A DNA stretch of 62,982 nucleotides, filler included, from Octopus bimaculoides (taxonomy: Eukaryota): assembly GCF_001194135.2 (NCBI RefSeq). It is 6 parts of 5 records of this genome, joined end to end, with 100 filler letters (N's around TTAATTAATTAA, not from the genome) between each part and the next. Parts side by side here need not be neighbours in the genome. Positions count along the whole stretch, not along the records: positions 33,355 to 53,410 come from NC_068984.1; 5 more parts are not named here. One strand, 5' to 3'. Shown one piece after another: positions 41,013 to 53,410 of the stretch. The stretch's first letter is position 1. The number at the start of each line of letters is the position of its first letter. The position numbers and the translations under genes are program-made. The notes below the pieces were generated by a model. It made no database searches. It was not told where the DNA came from and saw only the letters and a program-made list of their open reading frames with translations.

Positions 41013-42586
41013 TAAGGGCATTACTACACGTAAATGCCTCATGCTATTAAGGACTCTTAAAGTCAAAACTTGTAGTAGTGCCCTTAATATAAATAAATAT
41101 ATATACTTATAGATAGATATACATATACACACACAAACAGATGCTCACTCACGCACACACACACACACACAAGCAACATACATATCTTCTTAAATTTTCT
41201 GACTTTTCCTTTCTTTTGTAGTTTTTGTAAAGAAGGTGGATGTTTTACCATTCATTTTCATTCAAAATACTTACAAATATTTTCTGTCATAAAATACTTT
41301 TACATTATAAAATTAATTGAGTTCTTTTGTTTCAATATATTTTTTTTGCAATCATAGGAATTCTTTTATTTATATTATTTAGAGTAATTTGTGGTCCAAA
41401 CTATTTATTCAAAATTAAATATTTGAAATCCCAGAATAAGTAAGAGCACCATGGAGTCAATTCAGAGCCAAGTATTATATTGTCCCCTGAAGTTATGTAT
41501 ATTTACCTATTTGTTTGTTTCAGAGAAAATATCCAACTTGTTCTATGCCTTAGGGATGATGGTATGGGGTTCTGAAATGTAACTTGTCTGAAAAATCCTT
41601 TTCCCTACCTGCATCAATGCAGTCCAATAATTGGTAATACAGAGAAAGCATTCATAAATTAACATGTTACTTTAATCATCTAAAGCCATTCTCACAATTT
41701 TGAAAGTAATTTTATTTGTTATAAGTGGTTACATTCAAGATCTTGCTGTGTATTTTTATTTCAATATTTTCAAAATTCTACATTATGTGGAATTTAACTT
41801 AAAAGAAAATTAAAAGCTTTTGTATTGAAGTTTGGCTTTTACTGAAGTTTGCTTCAAGGTTTATCTTTCATCAAAGGAGTCTGAGAAAAGAAATAACAAT
41901 CTATTTAATTGAAAATATAAATAAAACAGTATCTTTTTCCCTTTCATTTTCAAATCATATAAAAGATATTAGAAGAGATATCAATTAGAAAAGAAAACAA
42001 ACTCTACAACTAAATTTCTTGGAACAATCATTATAGAAAATAAACACAACTGAAAGTATTAATTCACTGGTTACTTTACATTCATTTATAAACCGATTAC
42101 TTCTCCATATTTTGAGACACATAGTCATCATGTGATTTTATTATATCTATTCTTTACTTTCAACTAACTGTAGTTTGCTTCAAACTATTTCCTAGCTAGA
42201 ATTGTCTTCTCTCTTTTAACATTCATTGTGAACAAATGCACAGTAACAATTCTAGGATATGGTATTCTATGGCTAAAATTGTCGCACTGGATCTCTTTAA
42301 CTTTTCTAAAGTATATATATATATATATATATTTATATNNNNNNNNNNNNNNNNNNNNNNNNNNNNNNNNNNNNNNNNNNNNNNNNNNNNNNNNNNNNNN
42401 NNNNNNNNNNNNNNNNNNNNNNNNNNNNNNNNNNNNNNNNNNNNNNNNNNNNNNNNNNNNNNNNNNNNNNNNNNNNNNNNNNNNNNNNNNNNNNNNNNNN
42501 NNNNNNNNNNNNNNNNNNNNNNNNNNNNNNNNNNNNNNNNNNNNNNNNNNNNNNNNNNNNNNNNNNNNNNNNNNNNNNNNNNNNNN

Positions 42587-42733
42587 GCTTCTTCAAGTTT
42601 CTGTCTACCAAATCCACTCACAAGGATTTGATCAGCTTGAGGCTATAGAAGACACTTACCCAAGGTGCCATGCAGTGTGGCTGAACCTGGAACCATGTTG
42701 TTGAAAGGAAAGTGTCTTACAAGTGCCAGCCTA
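42587..42733 (-). mobile_element. SINE family B, 5' half
   Basis: tctaccaaatccactcacaagg...gacacttacccaaggtgcca; runs into the gap. Confidence 0.75.
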
Positions 42734-42778
42734 TGAAATAATATGGAATGCATCCCAAATTAGCATTTCATCCTTGCA

Positions 42779-42832
<54 letters not shown>

Positions 42833-42905
42833 TTGAGAAATTTCAAATGAATAAATAATCACCTGGCGAACTTCATTAGCTAACAGCTGTTTCCACGATA
42901 AAGTA

Positions 42906-43072
42906 CAATGGATTCTTAGTTGAGTGCTTTGGTAACACCCTACTGTTTCTTCAGAGCCCCAAATATAAAATGCAATTTAAAATATTATCTATTTTAAAGA
43001 AATTATTCTTCGTGTTTGGGGCACTGATGAAACTGTAAAGTGTTACTAAGTTACTTGACTAAGATTCCCCTG
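42906..43072. mobile_element. Tc1/mariner-type MITE with ~58-bp TIRs
   Basis: caatggattcttagttgagtgc...cagagccccaaat vs the reverse complement of the right end caggggaatcttagtcaagt...cagtgccccaaac; TA on the left flank. Confidence 0.7.
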
Positions 43073-43454
43073 CATCTTATAAAATAGTTTATAAAATAGT
43101 TGCTTATTTTTTTTGTCATCTTTTTTCTTATCACCACTCCGTACTCAACTAACGCTGTCTTCAGAAGCATACATATATTCAGTTTTACACCAGGTTATAC
43201 ATGAATTTGTGTGTGTGTGGAGGCTGAGTGGGGTGATGAAGATATGAATTTGTTGCTAGGGTGTTGCACTCGTGATTGTAAGTTTGTGGTTCTAGTTCCT
43301 TGACCAAAATATGTCTTGAACAAAACACTTCATGTTGCTGGCAATAATGAGTAATCCGGTGACAGACCAGCGTTTTGTCCACTGGCTGAGTATATACATC
43401 ACAGGATCTGGAAACCAAGCTAATGAAGTTATTGCTCAGGAAGAATCATTACTT

Positions 43455-43665
43455 CTTTTCATTAGTATTCATTCATTTGTTTCAGTCATTTGACTGTGGC
43501 CATGCTGGAACACTGCCTTTAGTTGAGCAAATCGACTCCAGAACTTATTCTTTGTAAGCCTAGTACTTATTCTATTGGCCTTTTTTGCCAAACTGCTAGG
43601 TTATAGGGATGTAAACACACTAGCATCAGTTGAGGAGACAAAAACAGACACACAAACATATACAT

Positions 43666-43728
<63 letters not shown>

Positions 43729-43891
43729 GCTTCTTTCAGTCTCCCAAATCTACCAAATCTACTCAGAAGGCTTTGGTCGGCCCAAGGCTATAGTAGAAGA
43801 CAGTTGCCCAAGGTGCCACACAGTGCGACTGAAACCACAACTATGTGGTTGGTAAGCAAGCTACTTACCACACAGCCACTCCTGTGCCTAT
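43455..43891 (-). mobile_element. SINE family B, full length, CpG-decayed
   Basis: Both halves present around a (CA)/(TA) spacer; head reads ataggcacaggagtggctgtgtggtaagtagc on the minus strand. Confidence 0.9.
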
Positions 43892-44347
43892 TACATATAT
43901 AGATCGGTCGATCGATAGATAGATAGATAGATAGATAAAGAGAAAGAGAGAGGAAAGAAGGGAGAGAGAGAAAGAGATATGTATCTGCATGTTTATGTAT
44001 GTATACTCACTTACAAACTTGATATATTTCACTCATGATATCTAAAAAGGTGTACACATGGACTTAGAAAATATCATTTGCATGTTTACTGCATAATTTG
44101 TTTTGTCAATAGGAGTAATTAGTTTCTTGTGTTGTGCATTGATGAGGCAAACAGGCCACATGTTATGGAATTTTTAATTGGTTCAGATTTTTAAAATTAC
44201 AAAAATTAAGAGCTGTTCAGAATTAAAATTTAGATTTATTATGATTATCCAATATGCTATTAGCTATTTACTAAATTCATTTACAGTCCTATATATCTAA
44301 TATTCTAGATAGTTTATTAGATAACATAAACAGATTATTAATTAGCA

Positions 44348-44386
<39 letters not shown>

Positions 44387-45034
44387 TTTGTGATTTTCAG
44401 GACATTTAAAATGAAATGATAACAAGCTGATAATAAATTAGTTGTTGTAAATTGATGTTTTTGCATGCATGCGTATGTGATAATAATTATTTCCATACTC
44501 ATGTAGATCGGACAGAATATGGTGATACAGATTTTTCTATGGATGGATGCCTTTCACATGCTTTTCATGTAGCCAACTCACATCTTTCACAGGCAATGTA
44601 TTATTACCCCATGGTCTGACATATTGTCCCCAGAAGACTGGGAATGAACAGCAGCACTTGTATGATGGTGAGGCTCATTTACAACCATCTTGTGAAATGA
44701 AAACAACAGTACACACAGTCACAAATACACTCATACACATACATGTACATATATACACAAATATATGACAGACTTCTCCCAGTTAGTCTACCAAATCTAT
44801 TCACAAAGTTTTGGCTGGCTTGGGGCAATGGAAGAAGACACTTACCCAAGATGCCACCCCATAGCACGTTGGTGGTAATGATAATAATGCGAAAAAGATG
44901 CAAGTTTCTCAACCAAATTGCAATGCCTATATGTGTATGAATATATCTATGTACATGTGTGAATATGTTCCTCTCTTCTCTCTTTCTATACATCTATTGT
45001 ATTTATTTTTTATTATTATCATAATTGGATAACT

Positions 45035-45199
45035 AGCCACAGGAGTGGCTGTGTGGAAAGTAGCTTGCTTACCAACCACATGGTTCCAAGTTCAGTCCCA
45101 CTGTGTGGCACCTTGGGTGAGTGTCTTCTACTATAGCCTAGGGCCGACCAAAGCTTTGTGAGTGGATTTGGTAGACGGAAACTGAAAGAAGCCTGTCGT

Positions 45200-45261
<62 letters not shown>

Positions 45262-45810
45262 NNNNNNNNNNNNNNNNNNNNNNNNNNNNNNNNNNNNNNN
45301 NNNNNNNNNNNNNNNNNNNNNNNNNNNNNNNNNNNNNNNNNNNNNNNNNNNNNNNNNNNNNNNNNNNNNNNNNNNNNNNNNNNNNNNNNNNNNNNNNNNN
45401 NNNNNNNNNNNNNNNNNNNNNNNNNNNNNNNNNNNNNNNNNNNNNNNNNNNNNNNNNNNNNNNNNNNNNNNNNNNNNNNAAAGGCGGTGTTCCAGCATGG
45501 CCACAGTCAAATGACTGAAACAAATAAAAGAATATATGAATAAAAGAACATATATGTATACATACATATATATATATATATATATAAATAAATGTATGTA
45601 TGTTTGTATGTGTCTGTATGTTTGTGTGTCTGTATTTGCCCCATCAACATTGCTTGACAACCGATGCTGGTGCATTTATGTCCTGTAACCTAGTGGTTCA
45701 GCAAAAAAACTGATAGAATAAGTACTAGGCTTACAAAGAATAAGTCCTGGGGTCGGTTTGCACAACTAATGGTGGTGCTCCGGCATGGCTGCAGTCAAAT
45801 GACTCAGTGA
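45035..45810 (+). mobile_element. SINE family B copy spanning a gap, plus a second 3' half
   Basis: Head at ~45035, 3' terminus at ~45530, and a second 3' half at ~45600-45810 abutting the RTE fragment. Confidence 0.8.
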
Positions 45811-45814
45811 AGAA

Positions 45815-47205
45815 AGAGGCATGGAAGTGCCATTACGAAAGGTTACTAAATATAGAAAATGCATAGGAGAGGGAGAGTCTACCCAATATCAAGCCAATTG
45901 AGGGGCCAACCATCAGAGTTGATAGCAGGAAAATAGATAAGGCAATTAAGGATATGAAAACAAGGAAAGCCCCTAGGCCATCAGGAATCACTGCTGAGAT
46001 GATTAAAATATCTGGCCGTGTAGGATACAGCCTAGTCACCCATATTTTAATCAGGTTATTTGTGAAGGCACCATCCCCAGTGATTGGTGTAGTAGTATTA
46101 TAGTTAAATGGTGCAAAGGTAAAATTGATGCCTTAGAAACTAGAGAGGTATCAAACTGCTGGACCATGTCATGAAAATTACAGAGAGAGTTATAGCTTAA
46201 TTGATTAGGAATAGAATTAAACTAGATGAGATGCAGTTTTGTTTCATATCTGGGAAGAGTATCACAGATGCCATCTTACCAGTAAGACAGCTGCAAGAAA
46301 ATTATTTCGCCAAAAGTAAGTCATTGTACTTTGTTTTCATTGACCTGGAGAAAGCTCTCAACACAGTCTCCTACTCTATTATCTGGTGGTCTCTATGGAA
46401 GTTAGGAGTAGAAGAGTGGCTTGTTAGAGCTGTACAATCCATGTACAATATAGTGATGATTTTATTGTGCAAATAGGGGTTCACCAGGGTTCAGTTCTCA
46501 ACCCACTCATTATAGCCCACCAGGCCTTAACAGAGGAATTCAAAATGGGTGCCCGTGGGAACTACTGTATGCTGATGACCTTGTCCTTATTGCAGAATCT
46601 TGTGGAAATGGAGAAGAAATTCCTGGTGCGGAAGCAAAACTTGGAATCAAAGGGCCTTAAAGTTAACCTAGCATTGACCAAGGTTGTTGTTAACAAGAAA
46701 TCAGATAAGACTCTTTCTGTTGGGTAAACAATCCTGCTCAATATTAGGAAAGGAGTTTGGAGTAATTCCATTTACTGCACCCAGTGTAAGCTATGAACAT
46801 ATAAGACGTGCAGTGGAGTCACAGCTAGATTAACAGATAAAGTCATCTTTGAATGTAGCAGATGTGCAGGAACGATTAGCACTAAGGGCACACAGGACTT
46901 AGACTCTCTCAAATTCCCAGGAGGCTCTCTTGAGGTTGTAGATAATTTCTGTTACCTAGGTGACAAAAAACAATGGCAGTGGATGCTTTCTGAAAGTATT
47001 GTTTCCAGAATAAGAATAGGATGGAAGACGTTCAGAGAGTTATCACCTCTGTTGGCAACAAAAGGACTCTCTCTCAGAGTGAAAGGTAAATTGTATGATG
47101 CTTGTGTGTGATAGGCTATACACCATGGTAGTGAGACATGGACTTTGAATGCAGAAGACATGCATATACTAGAGAGAAATGAAAGCAGTATGCTCTGTTG
47201 GATGT
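45815..47205 (+). pseudogene. RTE-clade LINE ORF fragment (RT domain), truncated at both ends
   Basis: KKEAWKCHYERLLN, KAPRPSGITAEMIK, MQFCF, FIDLEKA, GVHQGSVL, YADDL, GLKVNLALTK, FCYLGD, SLRVKGKLYDAC, ETWTL. Confidence 0.92.
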
Positions 47206-48277
47206 GCAACAAGTATATAGCAGAATAACTGGATTACTAAATCACAGTTGCTTTATTAATAAGCAGAGGCTTTCCAACTGGAATCAAAGCCGGTTTATAG
47301 ATTAGGTTCCCTATTATCATACCAGTTCCATACAACACAAACATAGATCTTATGTGGCAGATTACTTTTGGTCAATTCAAAACTGTAAAAGTACATTCTT
47401 ACTTATATTTCTTCCTTTTTGCTTCTTTCATTTTCGAGATTGTTTCACTTTTCCTGCAGTTTATTATATTATTCATTTATTTTTATACAATAATCCTTTC
47501 TGTCCTTATTTCTTTATTTCATTATTATCATCTTCCGAAATTACTTCCTTTCTACCATTTCCTATAATTACGTTTTCACCACTTTCATTCTTTACCTCCT
47601 TTTCATGATTAACCATTGCATATGAGAAATGAAACATACCAATAGCTAATGTTAATCAGAAACAAAATAACTGCAATGAGATTGTGTTAGTTGATTATCA
47701 AATAGCTGCCATTAGAATATCTTGAAGGCGGCAAAAAAAAAAAAAAATTGTTTCAGCCAACATTAAGATAAATGGTTAGAACTTTTAAAGAATTTGATAT
47801 GGAACAGCTGTTTCTGTTTTGTGTCTTCAATAACTTAAATAATTAAAGTGTTATTCTTGGTAGTGTTTTATGAAGGAGTAACATTTCAGTATTATGTTGT
47901 ACTTCATTGTTTTAATTAATATATTAAAACAATCCAGAAATATCTCCTCTGAGTTAGTCTGTTGTATAATCATTAGCACAAGTAATATTTAGAGACATAT
48001 CAGGTACATCTTTGTTTGTTTGAATGTTTAAGTATCCATATAGACATACACAAGCAAACATGCCAGTATGTATGTTCTTGTTATTGTGATCGTATTTTTA
48101 GCTCCAGGTCAGCCTTGATCTAACAGACTTTTGGTGAAACATACTCCTGCCATAACCACTTTTCTTTCTTTAGGGTATTTTGTATCTAAAAGTACATTCT
48201 CCTATGTATGTCACCTGGTTTTCTTGTTCAAAACTATATGGTGTAATTTGATGGATAAACAATAAATAATAAACAAC

Positions 48278-48593
48278 TCTGTCAGTCACGAATGACCATG
48301 GGTGCACCTAAGAGGTTCTCCTTCGGGTTACAAGTCTGGGTGGAAAGTTGTCTCACCAGCGAATGCACAACCTAGGGTTGCTTTAATGGAAGACCAGCAG
48401 TCTCCCATGCATACCAGCTTCCCCTCTCCATGCCACTGATATTATCCAAGCAAAGGCAAAGGCGGATACAGCTTGGCACCTGTGACGTCGCAACTCATTT
48501 CTACTGTTGAGTGAACTGGAGCTATGTGAAATAAAGTGTCTTACTCAAGAACACAACACACAGTTTGGTCTGGGAATTGAATTCACTACTACC
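48278..48593 (-). mobile_element. SINE family C, CpG-decayed, head truncated
   Basis: Collinear with 24011-24343. Confidence 0.85.
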
Positions 48594-48609
48594 ACCTATG
48601 GTGGTAGTG

Positions 48610-48646
<37 letters not shown>

Positions 48647-48663
48647 CAGCAGCAATAATAATA

Positions 48664-49362
48664 AATGCCCTGATGCAGTACCAAGCAGTGGCTCTCATGG
48701 ATTCTGATCTTAACTGATTGGAAGTGTTATCATGTACATTGTTTTGTCTTGATATAAAAGATGGCCTGCAGCAAATATTCTGCTCAATACCACAGATTTT
48801 TCAGTTGTTTGACCTTAACCAGTTGAGCATGTCCTTTGGTGGCTGACAATATGTGCATCTTAGATCATAAACAGAAGTAACAGGGGAGCATCATGGCCAT
48901 GTGTTGAGAGGAATTCTTTGGGGTTTAAATAATTCCCCTCTGGAAACATGGGTGTTTTGTTCATCATCCTTAAAACAAACCCTATTCAGGGACCTTTTGA
49001 GCGGAATGGGCTACTCAACCTGAAGAAAATTCTAACTGGGTCCCACCTGCAAAGTCATGCGCTGTTTATATGAGATTACAATGTCGTGCACATATGGTTG
49101 TGATGCATGCGCCTGGTGTACCCTTATCAGNNNNNNNNNNGACCTTAACCAGTTGAGCATGTCCTTTGGTGGCTGACAATATGTGCATCTTAGATCATAA
49201 ACAGAAGTAACAGGGGAGCATCATGGCCATGTGTTGAGAGGAATTCTTTGGGGTTTAAATAATTCCCCTCTGGAAACATGGGTGTTTTGTTCATCATCCT
49301 TAAAACAAACCCTATTCAGGGACCTTTTGAGCGGAATGGGCTACTCAACCTGAAGAAAATTC
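48664..49362 (+). mobile_element. Second copy of the ~550-bp (TAA)n-embedded element (3' part duplicated across a 10-N gap)
   Basis: aataataat-aaatgccctgatgcagtacc start; collinear with 8672-9217. Confidence 0.85.
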
Positions 49363-49409
49363 NNNNNNNNNNATAATAATAATAATAATAATAACAATAA
49401 TAATAATAA

Positions 49410-49830
49410 TAATAATAACATAACAGACCAGACCTAATGGTGGACAAGGTGCACCACATATGGTATATAGTTGATGTTGCATGCCTCTTTGACTCATGAA
49501 TAGTCAAGATGGAAGATGTAAGGATAGACAGATTCAACGTTCTTAAGTACAAAATAGCCTGGTTATGGAAAATGAAGAGGGTGAAGATAGTGCGAATTAT
49601 TGTTGGATCCTTGGGGACAGTATCAGAAAGCATCAAGAGGAACATAAAAGAAATTGGAATAGAGTACCTGGCAGAACTGTTACAAAAGGTTTACCTCCTT
49701 GGCATGGCCAGAATAATCAGGAAAGTACTAGACAGCTGAAAAGAACGAATAGCATGGTACCATAGGCTTGAGGTAGTAAGCCTGCCACTCATGCAAGACT
49801 ACAAGAGCATCAACAAAACCTGTGATGAAG
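49410..49830 (+). mobile_element. 5'-truncated R4/Dong-like RLE LINE 3' end, preceded by (TAA)n
   Basis: HNRPDLMVDK..WYIVDVAC...KYKIAWLWKMKRVKIVRIIVGSLGTV...LLQKVYLLGMARIIRKVL*: PD..D nuclease motif plus C-terminus. Confidence 0.85.
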
Positions 49831-50045
49831 AGATGATGATGATGAAGAGAGGAAGAGGTGGAGGATGAGAAGAAGAAGAAAAGGAGGAAGACGATGAGAA
49901 GAAGAAGAAAAGGAGGAGGATGAGAAGAAGAAAAAAGAGGAAGAGGATGAGAAGAAGAAAAAGGAGGAAGAGGATGAGAAGAAGAAGAAGAAGAAGGAGG
50001 AAGAGAAGAAGAAGAAGAGAATGAGAAGAACAACAACAACAAACT
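49831..50045. repeat. (GAA/GGA)-rich purine tract
   Basis: Direct reading. Confidence 0.9.
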
Positions 50046-51894
50046 GAACGAATTTATGCTAAGAGTGTTTGCTTTAAGATTTCTTGATNNNNNNNNNNNN
50101 NNNNNNNNNNNNNNNNNNNNNNNNNNNNNNNNNNNNNNNNNNNNNNNNNNNNNNNNNNNNNNNNNNNNNNNNNNNNNNNNNNNNNNNNNNNNNNNNNNNN
50201 NNNNNNNNNNNNNNNNNNNNNNNNNNNNNNNNNNNNNNNNNNNNNNNNNNNNNNNNNNNNNNNNNNNNNNNNNNNNNNNNNNNNNNNNNNNNNNNNNNNN
50301 NNNNNNNNNNNNNNNNNNNNNNNNNNNNNNNNNNNNNNNNNNNNNNNNNNNNNNNNNNNNNNNNNNNNNNNNNNNNNNNNNNNNNNNNNNNNNNNNNNNN
50401 NNNNNNNNNNNNNNNNNNNNNNNNNNNNNNNNNNNNNNNNNNNNNNNNNNNNNNNNNNNNNNNNNNNNNNNNNNNNNNNNNNNNNNNNNNNNNNNNNNNN
50501 NNNNNNNNNNNNNNNNNNNNNNNNNNNNNNNNNNNNNNNNNNNNNNNNNNNNNNNNNNNNNNNNNNNNNNNNNNNNNNNNNNNNNNNNNNNNNNNNNNNN
50601 NNNNNNNNNNNNNNNNNNNNNNNNNNNNNNNNNNNNNNNNNNNNNNNNNNNNNNNNNNNNNNNNNNNNNNNNNNNNNNNNNNNNNNNNNNNNNNNNNNNN
50701 NNNNNNNNNNNNNNNNNNNNNNNNNNNNNNNNNNNNNNNNNNNNNNNNNNNNNNNNNNNNNNNNNNNNNNNNNNNNNNNNNNNNNNNNNNNNNNNNNNNN
50801 NNNNNNNNNNNNNNNNNNNNNNNNNNNNNNNNNNNNNNNNNNNNNNNNNNNNNNNNNNNNNNNNNNNNNNNNNNNNNNNNNNNNNNNNNNNNNNNNNNNN
50901 NNNNNNNNNNNNNNNNNNNNNNNNNNNNNNNNNNNNNNNNNNNNNNNNNNNNNNNNNNNNNNNNNNNNNNNNNNNNNNNNNCTGTTATCTAGAAAGTTAA
51001 CTAATTCTTGACGGAAGGACTTTACTCTGTGATCAATGACGTAATTGACCTTTCTCTTTCTCTCTACACTCAAATGAAATTTTCAGTATCTTTGATAATA
51101 ATAATAATAATAACATTAATAACTACAAAAGCTGTACCAAACAAAAAACAATCACAAATTCTTCTTCTAAATTATTAACATAGGTTTTATAGTAATTTGC
51201 TGTTTTATAATAAATGATGATGATGACGATATGGATGACAACAATGATGACGATAATGACAGCAGTAGTGGTGGTGGTGATAATGATGATGATTATGATG
51301 ATGACAATGATGATGATGATGACGATGAGGCAAGCCTGAAATATTAACAAAATTATATAAATAGCTACAATTAGATGTTGATGATAATAGCAGTAGCACT
51401 TGCATTATTCATTTGTAGTTATCATTATTAATATTGGTTATCAATGTCATCATCATTATGATCATAATCATCGTCATTCGAGTTTACAACTTCATTGCTG
51501 TTATAATTAGTTTCAGGTGTCATTTTTATGGTTTTATAATTATTCCTTTTATCTCTTAATCAGATTTTGCTTTAGTTTTTATTTTGAAGTTTAACAAGTC
51601 TTCAGCAATTGTGCTATTTGATATGTAGTGATTGCTAAAAGGGATAAGCACTTACTAAATTATTCAGTTTAGTTTCAAACAAATATTTGAGGTAATTTTA
51701 TTTAAATTTAAATGGCTGCACCTAACATTCCTACTCCATATATTTCTGCTTGGATGATTCTTTAAATTTAGTTATTTTCTAAAAGAATTATAGGGGAATG
51801 TATTGTATTGACATTTATTACTAACCTTTCAATCATCAACTGTTAATGTCACATTTTACAGTAAACTAGATTTAAGTTGTTGTTCTCTTTCAAC

Positions 51895-51948
51895 TCTTTA
51901 CCTATGCTAGCATGGAAAGCGGACGTTAAACGATGATGATGATGATGA
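51895..51948 (+). mobile_element. Very short RTE-type 3' tail
   Basis: cctatgctagcatggaaagcggacgttaaacgatgatgat. Confidence 0.75.
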
Positions 51949-52281
51949 TATACTTTTATAATTTCTGTGGAAATTGTGAAGATATTTTAGGAATTTTTAC
52001 AGATATTTTAACAATTCTTACAGTCAAATTATTATGTAACAAGGTTTTCTGTATGAATTGAAGGTATATATTACATGCAATTAGCTCCTACAAAGTCTCT
52101 GTCAACTCAATGTTATTCACAAGGCTCATGTTTGCTGAGCTGGGTTAAACAAACAATGAAATTATACAAATATTTATTAAACCGAAATCAAGTCTATCTT
52201 CCTAAAGAAATAATGAGAGTAAAGACTTGTTGTTGAGAAAGGGTATTCAGAAACAATATATATATATATATATATATGTAT

Positions 52282-53130
52282 AAAATATTCTATAATTATA
52301 TACATAATTATAATCAGGGGTCAGCTAAGTGCCTCGCCACATACTGAATTAGAAATAGACACTAATGTTTTTTCAACTACCATAAAAATCTCCGAGACAA
52401 TAACACACTTTTTATGTAGGTAAAAAGAAAATGATGAATCCACACGATTTTGGTTAAACACAGACACGTTTCAAATTTAAAGTAAATTATATTTACTTAT
52501 TCTCCTCAGTGTGATACTCCAAGTTATACATTTGCAAGTGTTAGGATTAAATATGTATGTAATCAAGCGTCTTTCATAACTAATATTCAACCTCACTCCC
52601 CAAAATATACAGCCAAATATGATACATATTTATTTATCTTTTATACCACGTGTGTGATACGACCTATCTTGCAGAAAAACAACAGTTTCGATCATGGAGT
52701 AAATTATAATTTTAATAATAATATAGGGTAAAATTAATTAATAATTTTACCAAGTAGTCAGTCCGTTAAAAAAACCCTTTTAGGTGAATCATACAAAATA
52801 TTCTATAATTATATACATGATCATCATCAGGGGTGAGCTAAGCACCTCGCCACATACTGATATAGAAATAGATGCTAATGTCTTTTCAACTACCATGAAA
52901 ATCTCCGAGACAATAACACACATTTTTTATGTAGGTAAAAGGAAAAATGATGAATCTGCATGACTTCAGATAATAACAGATGCATTTCAAATTTAAAGTA
53001 AATTATATTTACCGATTATTCTCCTCGGTGTGATACTCCGAGTTATAAATTTGCAAGTGTTAAGATTAAATATGCATGAGATCAAGCGTCATTGCATAAC
53101 TAATATTCAACCCCACTCCCAAAAATACTG
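52282..53130. repeat. Diverged tandem duplication with 513-bp period (copies start at 52282 and 52795)
   Basis: aaaatattctataattatatacat...atcagggg...ctcgccacatactga...aaaatctccgagacaataacac...taactaatattcaacc recurs with scattered substitutions and indels. Confidence 0.85.
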
Positions 53131-53365
53131 ACTGATTTCTAACTGTGATATGGTTTATTTCCTGTCCTCCACGCAGTATTTTCCAATTAACTGTTACCTA
53201 TATACCAACATCAAACCATGATATTGTGTGACCTTCCTCAACCAATTGCAGCCCACCTTACAGTAATAACAATCAACTACTGCCATTCAAATTCAATTTG
53301 GCTGCCAACTAGAATCACGCTTGAAACTCAAGAGTACCAACAAATTTGAATCAAATTGTTTTGAT

Positions 53366-53410
<45 letters not shown>

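Larger units (their letters stand above)
40557..41103. mobile_element. MITE family M2 split by a ~432-bp composite insertion
   Basis: The left TIR is reconstituted as tatatttatttatatt|aagggcattactaca and matches the right TIR tgtagtagtgcccttaatataaataaatata (41071-41103). att is duplicated at 40576-40578 and 41011-41013. Confidence 0.8.

Noticed and set aside
44123-44195. FLVLCIDEANRPHVMEFLIG, resembling a Walker B motif
   Set aside because: A competing AG lies just upstream, the donor is weak, and no Walker A or other supporting exon was found.
48666-48690. cctg-atgcagtac-cagg-type stem-loop at the 5' end of the 550-bp element, resembling the U2 snRNA stem-loop IV loop
   Set aside because: The similarity is under 10 nt and no other U2 sequence flanks it; likely chance.
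48811-49362. Apparent ~220-bp direct repeat on either side of the 10-N gap at 49131-49140
   Set aside because: The copies are identical and abut a minimal gap; best explained as an unmerged contig overlap.
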